Shown here: in pieces, positions 51,992 to 60,912 of the stretch
Position numbering within the stretch: the first letter of the stretch is position 1
Layout: the number at the start of each line of letters is the position of its first letter
Origin: a virus
Length of the DNA stretch: 64,000 nt
Virus record (IMG/VR): IMGVR_UViG_3300045988_070924
Location: 40,150-104,149 of that record
Strand: one strand, 5' to 3'
Position numbers and translations under genes: made by a program
Notes under the pieces: generated by a model
What the model was told of the DNA's origin: nothing
The model's input: only the letters and a program-made list of their open reading frames with translations
The model's database searches: none

Positions 51992-52936
51992 TTATTTGCT
52001 TCCCCAAGGATTGGCTGGAGCATCTGTGAAATCAGGCATGTCACCAGGAACTGCTGCATTGCTCAGGTCAGTTGCACCTACCTGATAAACCTTAAGGTCA
52101 CATACCTCAAACTCAGTTGTAGGATATGCACCTGCATTCTTCCTCTCCTGTACATCCTTGTCAAGTCTTGAATAGTCAGTCACACCATTCTTGAGGAACA
52201 TCTCAGTATACACAGCCTGGAACTGCTTGTTGTCATCAGTTGTCCTTACTCCAAAGAGGAGTTTAACCTTATTCTGAGGCTGATAAGTAAGGATTTCATT
52301 CAACTCTGAATAGTTACCCTTGAAATAGTTGGAAATCTCATCCAATCTTACTTCTGCCTCCTCTGGCTTGTCAATGAGAACCCACTGCTTATTGACATAC
52401 TTCATTACATTAGGAATGTTGAGATATGCCCTTATGAAGTTAGTGAGCTGCTCCTCTCCCCAGAAGCATGGTCTATAGTCCTTATCAAGGTTTGCAGGAC
52501 CATTGGAATATACAGGAATCTCCTTCTTCTCAAACTGCTCTTTGGTTACCCATGCAGTTCTACCATACTTGTCAATCACCTGAATCTTATCTCCAGCATT
52601 GTTGGTTCTATACTGGTTTCTGAGGAAGAATGACACTCTAGTAAGAGCATCAATAGGATTTCCCTGAGAGTCTTTGCACTTGGTACCATCTATCTTTAGG
52701 ATAAAGTCAAGCCTTACCTGTGCTACTTTCTTCTTGTCTTCTCCAACCTCAGCCTCACCTACATATACTGGGTCATTCTCAAGGGTATTACCATAGAGCT
52801 CCTCTAGTTTCTTCTTGTCTGGATTCACTGCAAGTACAAATACTGGTGCTACACCAATGTACCTCTTGACTTCTCCTCCCTCAGAGGATATTTTACCCTT
52901 TGCTACTGCAAAAAACAGTTTATTCGTTCTACTCAT
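51992..52936 (-). CDS. possible single-stranded DNA-binding protein (314 aa)
   Basis: Its position between primase and ATPase and its acidic/aromatic C-terminal tail (PGDMPDFTDAP) are suggestive only. Confidence 0.35.
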   Translation of the reverse strand: MSRTNKLFFAVAKGKISSEGGEVKRYIGVAPVFVLAVNPDKKKLEELYGNTLENDPVYVGEAEVGEDKKKVAQVRLDFILKIDGTKCKDSQGNPIDALTRVSFFLRNQYRTNNAGDKIQVIDKYGRTAWVTKEQFEKKEIPVYSNGPANLDKDYRPCFWGEEQLTNFIRAYLNIPNVMKYVNKQWVLIDKPEEAEVRLDEISNYFKGNYSELNEILTYQPQNKVKLLFGVRTTDDNKQFQAVYTEMFLKNGVTDYSRLDKDVQERKNAGAYPTTEFEVCDLKVYQVGATDLSNAAVPGDMPDFTDAPANPWGSK

Positions 52937-52965
52937 TTGTTTTGTTTGTTTTAGTTGATTTACTA

Positions 52966-53307
52966 TTAAAGTTCTGGGTTCTCATCTACAGATGCTGATG
53001 TATGTCCAGCCTGCATATCAGCAGCTTCTCCCTCCTCTGTATCATCAACAGTTCCTACAGGAACTTCTGGCATATTCTCAGTCTGTGAAGCTATCTCATC
53101 AGCCTCTCCTGAAAGAATCTGCTCAGAAGAATAACCATGTTTGGTTATGATAGGAGCCTCCCAGAGGTCAATCTCACTCTGAAGAGCATCTATCTGCATA
53201 TTAATCTCTTTTCTCTTTGCAAGAAGCTTGCAAATTTTAGCCCTCTTAGGCTTAATAATCTGTGCTGTCTTTTTAACAGCAGCCAATTCATACCTACTTA
53301 ATTCCAT
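52966..53307 (-). CDS. hypothetical acidic protein (113 aa)
   Basis: Intact ORF with a coiled-coil-like N-terminus and an acidic C-terminus. Confidence 0.5.
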   Translation of the reverse strand: MELSRYELAAVKKTAQIIKPKRAKICKLLAKRKEINMQIDALQSEIDLWEAPIITKHGYSSEQILSGEADEIASQTENMPEVPVGTVDDTEEGEAADMQAGHTSASVDENPEL

Positions 53308-53321
53308 TTTGTATCTATTTT

Positions 53322-53714
53322 TTAGTTGTTACTTCCAAAGTAATACTCCTTCATAGTATCCACAACATACCCAAGGTCATTAGGTATATACAGTGGAAAC
53401 ATTCCCACAGGAGATTTTGCTGGATACTGTCCATCATCATTGGTTACAAACTCTCTGATGGACTTCTTTTCTTTCTCATCATATGAGGCTTTTCCATAAA
53501 GGACTACTTCAAACTTACCCTCAGGAGTGATATACTGGTCAACCATGTTTCCAGTACTCTTATATCTGTAAGACAGACTGTCCCCATTCTTATCCTTGTA
53601 CTCCTCATAATGAGCAAGACAAATCATGTTCTTATCTTCAGGAACCTTGTTGATTGCATCAAAGATAAGTCCCATACCATAGCCAATCTGCTTTGGTGTC
53701 AAGTTGTTATCCAC
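53322..53714 (-). CDS. P-loop ATPase, C-terminal exon
   Basis: This ORF lies downstream of the endonuclease insertion. The track start is a GTG. It continues the ATPase gene begun at 55045. Confidence 0.6.
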   Translation of the reverse strand: MDNNLTPKQIGYGMGLIFDAINKVPEDKNMICLAHYEEYKDKNGDSLSYRYKSTGNMVDQYITPEGKFEVVLYGKASYDEKEKKSIREFVTNDDGQYPAKSPVGMFPLYIPNDLGYVVDTMKEYYFGSNN

Positions 53715-53849
53715 AGGGCTTTTTATCCCTATGTTCTACATCTTCTTGCATAGTTGATGTAGTTCAGCATATATTTTCATCCTATTTAATATAGGAGTTG
53801 GATACTCTTGGATACATTATATTCTCTATAAATTATAGAGGTTCAGTAT

Positions 53850-54572
53850 CTATGCGTTACACTGTGCAGTTCTTTTATCTACTGCATTTAGCACGGTATT
53901 AAGTGCTTTATCCCTTTTTCTTTTTAAGAACACTGTAGCATTTTTATATAAATAGTCAAATATTGGTCTTCTGACTTTTATACTATAACTAAAATGTAGA
54001 CTCCAATAAGGAGTAGTTTTTCTAACCTCTCTGTATATAACCCATTTTAGTTCAGGAATAGCCTTGATAAATCTATCCTTAATCTGTTCTGCAAATTTAG
54101 GAGAGTTACAAATCATACTGAAATGTCTATCTCCTATAGACCCATCTCCATCTATAAATCCTCTGATAAAATCTCTTTCAAATTCTTCAGGAATATTAGG
54201 AAATTCAAAATCAGCATCATAGGTCTTTCTTGGCTGTATATTGTATAAAGTCCTTAAGTCATTTATAAGTTCCTTATCACATATCTGAAGAATAGTAGTT
54301 TGTTTTCTGTTACCTTCAGGTTGATAAAATCTAAGATTATTATTAGGAGCTATCTCTTTTTGTATTAACCTTATAATTTCATCATCCTCTGATACACAAC
54401 CAAATCTAAGTCTTACTAATTTGCTAGGTCTGTCTTTTCTTATTGACTCCTCTATAGAGCCGTCTGCTACTAAATAACCTAAAATATAGGCTTTAACTTC
54501 AGAATCTATATTTCTGAAGTAATCACTTTTGTGTTCTTTCTTTCCAGGAATAAAACTTCTCATAATTATCAT
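53850..54572 (-). CDS. LAGLIDADG homing endonuclease (double-motif)
   Basis: Contains LGYLVADGSI and FIRGFIDGDGSI. The start was set to the ATG at 54572 (MIIMRSF), downstream of a promoter box. Confidence 0.8.
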   Translation of the reverse strand: MIIMRSFIPGKKEHKSDYFRNIDSEVKAYILGYLVADGSIEESIRKDRPSKLVRLRFGCVSEDDEIIRLIQKEIAPNNNLRFYQPEGNRKQTTILQICDKELINDLRTLYNIQPRKTYDADFEFPNIPEEFERDFIRGFIDGDGSIGDRHFSMICNSPKFAEQIKDRFIKAIPELKWVIYREVRKTTPYWSLHFSYSIKVRRPIFDYLYKNATVFLKRKRDKALNTVLNAVDKRTAQCNA

Positions 54573-54584
54573 ATATTTGGTTGG

Positions 54585-54592
54585 CAAATATA
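54585..54592 (-). promoter_or_regulatory. candidate -7 promoter element (TATATTTG) for the intron-encoded endonuclease
   Basis: The forward strand reads CAAATATA, 12 nt upstream of the ATG at 54572. Confidence 0.35.
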
Positions 54593-54658
54593 CAAATAAA
54601 TAATGAGAAATGCAATACCCTTCACCGTTTTTACCCAATTATTTTCACATAGATTACT

Positions 54659-55045
54659 CTATGCAGGGACACACATTCTATCCCATCCTCCCTTGAGAGC
54701 ATTCTTCATATAGAAGTCCTGAGATATGTAGTTCATATCATCAAGAACTATGTTCTCATAAGGGGAATTAGCAAGCAATTCAATTACTGCTGCAATGGTC
54801 TTTGCATCATTAGAGATAAGTCTGTTCCCAGATGCTATCTCAGCAGGGAAAGTCTTGTCTGTTGGCTGACTCTTAACCTTGGCAATCTTATACTGAGAAG
54901 CAGCACCTCTAAAAGGAAGAGGTTTATTCACACAGCTAATCAGATAAGTCTTGGCTGGGTCAAGCCCTTTAAGTCCCAATTCAGGAATAGCACCAATTGA
55001 GGTACTCTTCCCAAATCCACTTTTTGCAAGCACTAATGCTTTCAT
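54659..55045 (-). CDS. P-loop ATPase (AAA_24/Sak4-like candidate), N-terminal exon
   Basis: Walker A is LAKSGFGKSTS and Walker B is IVLDDMNYI. The last few codons before the stop are probably intronic. Confidence 0.65.
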   Translation of the reverse strand: MKALVLAKSGFGKSTSIGAIPELGLKGLDPAKTYLISCVNKPLPFRGAASQYKIAKVKSQPTDKTFPAEIASGNRLISNDAKTIAAVIELLANSPYENIVLDDMNYISQDFYMKNALKGGWDRMCVPA

Positions 55046-55051
55046 CTACAC

Positions 55052-56224
55052 TTATTTCTTAAAAATTTTTCTCAAATACATAAAGAAAGACTTAGCCTTT
55101 CTTTTCATCTTCTGTTTGTTAAGATTATCTATGTAGCCATAGACACTCTCAAGTCCAGCACTGTCTGTTGGTAAAGGAAGTTCATTGAATGTACTTACTG
55201 CACCATTGAAGAACAATGGACATATGTTTCCTGCTGAACCATAATCCCTATCTTCAATAACTTCCATAAACCTTATATAGTTCCTAAACTTCTTGATGTC
55301 ATACCCTTCAAAATCAGGTATTCCATACTTGAATGGTGAGTATAGACCAATCACAAGATTTGCATCTCTGGTGGTAGTCTTACAGTCAGCCAATCCATCT
55401 GATGATGGTTTAAGCCTGTTCAGTTTTTGATTCTCAATACCTTCTTGGGCTTGAGCCTGATGCTGAATAAGCACAAATATGAACTGCATCTGATTTCTTA
55501 AAGTAATACCATGCTTTGAAAGTTTGTCAATGGATTCCCTCTTGTCCAGACCTTTTTCCAAAGATATATTAGAAGCATTATCCACTATGACAATCTTGTA
55601 CTCTTCTGGGTCATCAGGAGTATAAGGTTCAGTAGGGTCAAGTATCCTTACTTCCTCTTCCTCACCAGTCAGTTTGTTCTTGTTCTTGACTGTCTTATAA
55701 TTGTAATGACCATGCTCTTCTGCATAAGCTCTGCACTTTTTGTTTATTCCAGTAGGATTTCTGTCAGTATCTATATATTCCACCATTTCCTCAAACTTCC
55801 TTATATAGGCTTGATACCTTTCACTTTTAAGAAGTTCAAAGATATGAGGGTCAACTGGCTTGTCCTTATCAGTGCTCTTGAGTTCTGTAGGAGATATGAC
55901 TATACCATCAAGTCTGAACAGAAGATGACATAAGAACTCATTATACTTCTCTTTAGGACTCATCTCAAGAGTAAAGTAGAGAATCTTTGCCTTGAACTCT
56001 GGATGTTCCATAGCAAAGAATATGATAGAATAGACTAACAGGTAATCACATAGTTTTGACTTACCAACCTTCTGATTGGCAGTAACCACTATGTACTTCC
56101 CCTGTTCAAATCCAGGAAGTAACTGTTTAAATCTTGGAAATGGCAGTGGAATACAGTTCCACAGTCCATTCATCACTCTGTCTCTCCTCTTTTGAAGGTC
56201 TTGCAACACTTCTGAAAACTTCAT
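55052..56224 (-). CDS. DnaB-like replicative helicase (RecA-type C-terminal domain)
   Basis: PGFEQGKYIVVTANQKVGKSKL (Walker A), KIVIVDNASNI (Walker B) and FVLIQHQAQAQ. Confidence 0.7.
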   Translation of the reverse strand: MKFSEVLQDLQKRRDRVMNGLWNCIPLPFPRFKQLLPGFEQGKYIVVTANQKVGKSKLCDYLLVYSIIFFAMEHPEFKAKILYFTLEMSPKEKYNEFLCHLLFRLDGIVISPTELKSTDKDKPVDPHIFELLKSERYQAYIRKFEEMVEYIDTDRNPTGINKKCRAYAEEHGHYNYKTVKNKNKLTGEEEEVRILDPTEPYTPDDPEEYKIVIVDNASNISLEKGLDKRESIDKLSKHGITLRNQMQFIFVLIQHQAQAQEGIENQKLNRLKPSSDGLADCKTTTRDANLVIGLYSPFKYGIPDFEGYDIKKFRNYIRFMEVIEDRDYGSAGNICPLFFNGAVSTFNELPLPTDSAGLESVYGYIDNLNKQKMKRKAKSFFMYLRKIFKK

Positions 56225-56225
56225 A

Positions 56226-56831
56226 TCAATTCAAGTTAGATGTCCAATCATTTCTGATAGGGTCAAGGTCTTCTGCATTCTCAATGAATGTTGCCAAGTC
56301 AGAGACTTGCTGCACTATCAGTTTACCTTCCTCATCAGATTTTCTTTCATCCTTTAGAATGAAGTACTTGAGTACTCTCATATAGGAATAATTTCCATTA
56401 AAGGAACTCACATAGTCTTGTGTTGCCTTCAGGATTTGTTCATCAGTGTATTTGTTTCCATAGAGTTTGAAGAACTTCTGCAACCTCTCTCTTATCTCCT
56501 TCCTATTACCCCTCCAATATGAAGTGGTTCCTTCCTTCTTTCCTTTCGGAAATACCTCCATAAGTTGAGAAGCAAGAGTGTCCAACTTGTCTTCTTCAGG
56601 GACATCTGGGTCTTTAGAAAGAAGGGCTGCCTGAACTTTATTGAGAAAGGTCTCATTTATTTCAAAGCCTTGCCCAAAGATTCCTTCAGTCCTTCTTATA
56701 TATCCCTTCTTGATAAGTCTTTCAAACAGTTCAGAGATGTTGTCACAAGCAGTCAGAAGAAGTACAGCAAGAGCCTCTTCTTCCTTGATTCCTCTATCCC
56801 TTAGTGCTTTTGTACTAATTACATATTTCAT
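56226..56831 (-). CDS. hypothetical replication-module protein (201 aa), possible winged-helix N-terminus
   Basis: Intact ORF packed between two helicase genes. The wHTH guess rests on ELFERLIKKGYIRRTEG only. Confidence 0.45.
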   Translation of the reverse strand: MKYVISTKALRDRGIKEEEALAVLLLTACDNISELFERLIKKGYIRRTEGIFGQGFEINETFLNKVQAALLSKDPDVPEEDKLDTLASQLMEVFPKGKKEGTTSYWRGNRKEIRERLQKFFKLYGNKYTDEQILKATQDYVSSFNGNYSYMRVLKYFILKDERKSDEEGKLIVQQVSDLATFIENAEDLDPIRNDWTSNLN

Positions 56832-58129
56832 TCCTCCACTATATATTCTTTATCTATGCCTTCAAGTGCTTTCTGGAGATACTCTTCATCTCTTGTCCCT
56901 CTATAATAAAGGATATACTGAACTGGGTCATTAGCTCTAAGGCTACGCCCAAACTTCTGTATAAATCCTCTCTCTTCTCCATCAAGCTGCACAATGATAC
57001 CTGCCTGTATATTGGTCAAGTTCTGACCTTCCTGAAGCATTCCTACTGCAAAGATTGAGTTGGTCTTTCCTGAGTTGAATGTAGAGATAATCTCCCTTAC
57101 ACCCTTCTTCTTTGAGTGAATACAGTTTTCTCCTCCAAGGAACTCAGCCTGTGTAATAGAAGAACAGAAACAGATGAACCTCTTACCTTCCTCATTGAGT
57201 TTGATACAAAGTTCTTCTGCTTCTCTTGTCTTGAGTTCACCGAGGAATCTCTTTCTCCTGGTTCCCCATTGAAGCCACATATTCTTAAGCCTTATGTTGC
57301 CCTGATTCCTGAAGTATTGCCTTTTCCAGTAATCAAACTGCTCATTTATATACTCATACTTTTCTTTCTGAGTACATGAAAACCTAAGAACATATCCCAA
57401 GTACGCCTTTCTGTTCTTCATATACTTCCACCTGTTGCTCCAAAGGTCATCTATAATCCCCTTATCTCCAGACTTGACAGTTCTCAAGTCCATTTCAATA
57501 GTCTCAGTTCTGTCAAATCTTTTGAGTTCAAGAGGAATACAGACTATCTTTGGTTCAGGAAGAAAGCCTTTATCAATAGCATCCTGCAAAGTTATCTTGC
57601 TCACTTTGAATCTTCCAAAACATCTGGTAAGAGCCTCAAGGACATCTTCCTTGAGAGTTGCAGATAGGGCAAGTACTCTTGGTGAGTTAAGACTTTGCAG
57701 AATGTCCTTCCTTATATCAGACTGAAGGTGATGAGCCTCATCAAACACAATGATGTCCCACTTTGTATCTCTCCAGTTCTTGAGAGAAGCATAACAGATA
57801 ATCTGAACATGAGGCATTATCTGGTCATATACCAGAGGGTTAAGTCCTTTTCTGAACTCTTCTTTCCAGTTATCCTTATGAGCATCTTCTGCCACTACAA
57901 TGAGGACCCTGAACTCTTCCCCATACTGGTTAAACAAATCCATTACAGCATTTACTGCCACTCTGGACTTGCCTACTCCAGTAGCCCATTGTAAAGCCAG
58001 ATTACCCCTTTCATTGAGGTAATCTGACATTTCATTCTGCAATCTACTTTTCTGTTCAGTTAATTCTTGTGTCATACAATTCAAAGTTTGAGTCAGGATT
58101 GTCTGAGGTATAGATGTTCTGTAGAACAA
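56828..58129 (-). CDS. superfamily 2 (DEAH/SNF2-like) helicase
   Basis: Motif I ATGVGKS, motif II VFDEAHH, motif III LSAT, motif VI QKFGRSLR. The real start may be the ATG at 58075 or 58030, because the longest ORF overlaps the upstream gene by 74 nt. Confidence 0.85.
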   Translation of the reverse strand: MFYRTSIPQTILTQTLNCMTQELTEQKSRLQNEMSDYLNERGNLALQWATGVGKSRVAVNAVMDLFNQYGEEFRVLIVVAEDAHKDNWKEEFRKGLNPLVYDQIMPHVQIICYASLKNWRDTKWDIIVFDEAHHLQSDIRKDILQSLNSPRVLALSATLKEDVLEALTRCFGRFKVSKITLQDAIDKGFLPEPKIVCIPLELKRFDRTETIEMDLRTVKSGDKGIIDDLWSNRWKYMKNRKAYLGYVLRFSCTQKEKYEYINEQFDYWKRQYFRNQGNIRLKNMWLQWGTRRKRFLGELKTREAEELCIKLNEEGKRFICFCSSITQAEFLGGENCIHSKKKGVREIISTFNSGKTNSIFAVGMLQEGQNLTNIQAGIIVQLDGEERGFIQKFGRSLRANDPVQYILYYRGTRDEEYLQKALEGIDKEYIVEE

Positions 58130-59213
58130 GAAACTCTTTAAGAACTCTTGATATACTATTTATAAAGAAAGAGCAGTCTCCTTTAGGGAAACATAAACCA
58201 GTTTCAGAATAGTCTACATCAGTATGAGTAACTACAAGATTCATCTTGAGGTTATACCTCTTCTGCATATTGTCAAGGCAGTGCCTTTGCATAGCATATT
58301 TGTAAGGTTCTGGATAATATCTTGCAGTAAGGAACTCTCCCTGATGTTCATTGAAGACATTAGTCTCCAACTTATCAGCGGGTACTTCTTTCTCTCTTCC
58401 CTTAAACCACTGTCTCTCAAGTAGTCCCATCTCTCCATGTCTTGTAAGATAAGTCCTTGTTATAAGATATACTTCAGCACCTTTAAGATATTCTTCAGGG
58501 ATACCATTGAGCCCTACCTTAGTTGAAGTTACATAAGGATAGAATCCATGTTCAGAATCTAGCAGAAGTCCTTGAGTTCCCTCAAAGATAAGAACATCAA
58601 AATCATCTATATTGTACTTGAAGAAGTCCTTATATAGACTCAACCCTGCCTTTGTCCAGTCTTTGATAACCTTTTGGTCAGCAGTTATTCCTTTTTCAGC
58701 ATAGAATTTCCTTATATGCCCCAACTTAGACTCAATAGAAGACTTTGAATAAAAGTCTGCTGCCTCTATATATCTATCTCTCAGAAGGGTTTCCTGTCTC
58801 AAGACAGCAGACATTACTCCCTTTCCACAAGTTCTGTTAGGATGGTCTTTAGCCCACTCAAGTTGGTCTGCAACATCATAAGGAGTTATCAGGGGAATCT
58901 CTCCACACATATAGATAGGAGGTACTTCCACTCCTTTCTCCTCTAATGATTTCTTCTCATTCCATATACATAGAGGGTCAATAAGACCTCCCATATACAT
59001 TGTAGGAACTCCAAGAAGAACACCAGAGCCATAGGAAGAACATACATGTGTAATGCCATTATGTCTTACAGTATGTCCTGCCTGAGGACCTCCTGAAAAA
59101 CGTACTACACAAGGTCTTTTACCTTCTTCCAAGGCTTTCTTGCAGAGCCACTGAACTGTGTTACCCTTACCTTCATCTCCAAAGAGGAGACCCAATACAA
59201 TCTTTACTTCCAT
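58056..59213 (-). CDS. adenylosuccinate synthetase homologue (short PurA/PurZ-like, 385 aa)
   Basis: P-loop FGDEGKGN (nt 59160-59180), GGPQAGHT, and FEGTQGLLLDSEHGFYPYVTST (compare GAQGxxLDxDxGTYPxVTSS). The cellular GTTTGRxRRxGW segment is not recognisable. Confidence 0.75.
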   Translation of the reverse strand: MEVKIVLGLLFGDEGKGNTVQWLCKKALEEGKRPCVVRFSGGPQAGHTVRHNGITHVCSSYGSGVLLGVPTMYMGGLIDPLCIWNEKKSLEEKGVEVPPIYMCGEIPLITPYDVADQLEWAKDHPNRTCGKGVMSAVLRQETLLRDRYIEAADFYSKSSIESKLGHIRKFYAEKGITADQKVIKDWTKAGLSLYKDFFKYNIDDFDVLIFEGTQGLLLDSEHGFYPYVTSTKVGLNGIPEEYLKGAEVYLITRTYLTRHGEMGLLERQWFKGREKEVPADKLETNVFNEHQGEFLTARYYPEPYKYAMQRHCLDNMQKRYNLKMNLVVTHTDVDYSETGLCFPKGDCSFFINSISRVLKEFLVLQNIYTSDNPDSNFELYDTRIN

Positions 59214-59240
59214 AGTTTTAATTCATTATGAAATTCATTA

Positions 59241-59268
59241 AAAGAGCACCCTCTTAAAGAAGGTGCTC
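59241..59268 (-). terminator. weak terminator-like hairpin overlapping the vWA gene stop
   Basis: GAGCACC (59244-59250) pairs with GGTGCTC (59262-59268) across an 11-nt loop, followed by U4 on the minus strand. Confidence 0.35.
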
Positions 59269-60114
59269 ATTATGCTCTGTTTCTACTGTTTTTGCTGTTT
59301 CTCCAGAAGATTTCTGTCTGTTGTAGGACTCAAGAATCATTCCTGAGATTATCTTAGGTATGTCATCACCCTTTCCACCCTCAGTAACAGTGTGATGGTC
59401 TCCAAGGAGGTCATTCCACTGCTTTTGAAGGTTCTTGTCTTTCCCATTATAGTCATTGAGAGTGATATGGTATACATCCCAACATGACTGGATATTACTG
59501 AGAAGACCAGAAGTGGTTACAGATTGTAACTTTTTGCCAAAGAGTCTTTTAATCTCTTCAGAAGAGATGCTCTTATGTACTGCATCATCTCCTATTGAGA
59601 TAATAACTCCCTTCTTTCCTCTTATGTTTATCCAGTCACAGTCAGTATGATGGTCTGCAAACTGCCATACCAACTGATAGGACTCACCACCATTTCCTCC
59701 TCCATGACCTTCAAGCCATACAGTCTTGAGCCATTTGTCAAGAAGTTCATCAGAAGATTCAAACTGACCTACCTGAATAGGAGCACTGTCAGTGTACTGG
59801 TCTCCTATTGCAACAAAGCATACCTGAGGGTCTTTTACTCCAGACTCAAGTATCTTCTTCATTATATCTGGGAGTCCAGTTCTAATAAGTTTATCTGGGA
59901 CATGTCCCATACTTCCAGTAACATCAAGGGCTATTATAATAGGGAAAGCATCAGGATGCTCCTCAGAGAACCTGCACTCTCTTATTTTTCCTTTGATATC
60001 CATGTCTTCATGCATCTTACTCTGCTTGAAGACTTCCTCTCTGCTTACAGAAGGTTTGTACTGCTGAGAGTTGATATACATCCTCTCAGCATATCCATAT
60101 GAACCACCACCCAT
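59254..60114 (-). CDS. von Willebrand factor A (vWA) domain protein, paralogue of 31021..31782
   Basis: IIALDVTGSM (MIDAS), CFVAIGDQYTD, GGNGGESY and IISIGDDAVH correspond motif by motif to the other vWA ORF. Confidence 0.7.
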   Translation of the reverse strand: MGGGSYGYAERMYINSQQYKPSVSREEVFKQSKMHEDMDIKGKIRECRFSEEHPDAFPIIIALDVTGSMGHVPDKLIRTGLPDIMKKILESGVKDPQVCFVAIGDQYTDSAPIQVGQFESSDELLDKWLKTVWLEGHGGGNGGESYQLVWQFADHHTDCDWINIRGKKGVIISIGDDAVHKSISSEEIKRLFGKKLQSVTTSGLLSNIQSCWDVYHITLNDYNGKDKNLQKQWNDLLGDHHTVTEGGKGDDIPKIISGMILESYNRQKSSGETAKTVETEHNEHLL

Positions 60115-60117
60115 GAT

Positions 60118-60192
60118 TTATTCCTCTGCTGGTTCTGTAGGCAAATTTTCACCCTCTCTCTTAGGGTCATAACCATAACCTGGGTATCCCAT
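60118..60192 (-). CDS. candidate 24-codon micro-ORF (MGYPGYGYDPKREGENLPTEPAEE)
   Basis: Its ATG lies 3 nt after the upstream stop (TAG ATT ATG) and its stop lies 3 nt before the vWA ATG (TAA ATC ATG). It is below the ORF-track length cutoff. Confidence 0.3.
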   Translation of the reverse strand: MGYPGYGYDPKREGENLPTEPAEE

Positions 60193-60195
60193 AAT

Positions 60196-60597
60196 CTATT
60201 CCTCCTTACTGTTTATAGTTGATTTATAGTCTGGCAGATACTTGAGTACTGCTGACATATTGTCATATTCTCCAAAGAGATATTCATACCTCTGTACTGC
60301 TATCTCAAGTTTGATGAGAGTATCTCTCTTGTTAAGACCTATCTTAAGGTCCTGCTCAAGGAAATCATCTGCCTTGAAATCTGAAGGCACTACACTGAGT
60401 GAAGTGATGTTTGATGGGGCAAGATTGATGAGAATATCTTCTCTGTCCCTGTCACACTGCCTTGCACTTCTACAGAGGTCTTCAATCTTTCTTCTATATG
60501 AAAGTTCTACATCTTCTGTTATGGCAGCAGCCTTTGTTTCCTTAATGCCCTTGAAACTCTGAGTAAGAGCACTCTTAAATGTTCCTTTACTATCCAT
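60196..60597 (-). CDS. hypothetical protein (133 aa)
   Basis: The start was set to the ATG at 60597 (MDSKGTF), behind an A9 leader. The longer ORF overlaps the upstream membrane-protein gene. Confidence 0.5.
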   Translation of the reverse strand: MDSKGTFKSALTQSFKGIKETKAAAITEDVELSYRRKIEDLCRSARQCDRDREDILINLAPSNITSLSVVPSDFKADDFLEQDLKIGLNKRDTLIKLEIAVQRYEYLFGEYDNMSAVLKYLPDYKSTINSKEE

Positions 60598-60605
60598 GTT
60601 TTTTT

Positions 60606-60911
60606 TTAGATTTCTTTCTGTAAAAACTCTACTACACTGCAAACCCAATTCTTCTTCCCCTCTATGAGGTGCCATCCGTCATAAGTATATTTAGTTCCTA
60701 GAGACACTGCTATAAAAATCAGGACTATACATACAATAAATACAAGGATGTTAAGAATAGGAATGAGTAGAGAAATGATTAGCAACAGTAATCCCCAAAT
60801 AGGGAATTTGACTGGTATATAGCCTTTGCCCTTACCACCGTATCCTGCAAGATTTCTCGTGCTTATATACAGTATAAGAGCAAAAACTATAGATATAAAT
60901 ATCCACCACAT
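60606..60911 (-). CDS. small integral membrane protein (about 3 TM segments)
   Basis: Hydrophobic stretches are MWWIFISIVFALILYI, IWGLLLLIISLLIPILNILVFIVCIVLIFIAV. Confidence 0.6.
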   Translation of the reverse strand: MWWIFISIVFALILYISTRNLAGYGGKGKGYIPVKFPIWGLLLLIISLLIPILNILVFIVCIVLIFIAVSLGTKYTYDGWHLIEGKKNWVCSVVEFLQKEI

Positions 60912-60912
60912 A

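Larger units (their letters stand above)
53715..54665 (-). mobile_element. intron-like insertion carrying a LAGLIDADG endonuclease, splitting the P-loop ATPase gene
   Basis: Stop codons separate all three ORFs (54659-54661 and 53850-52), so it is not an intein. Flanking non-coding parts contain several hairpins (for example CTACATC/GATGTAG and CTCTAT/ATAGAG), but I could not identify canonical group I R/S elements. Boundaries are approximate. Confidence 0.55.

Noticed and set aside
53850-54638. The LAGLIDADG ORFs as inteins within the ATPase and polymerase proteins.
   Set aside because: In-frame stop codons separate each endonuclease ORF from the host-gene halves (54659-54661 and 53850-53852; 37889-37891 and 36988-36990). 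Protein splicing is therefore impossible, and an intron or free-standing arrangement fits better.
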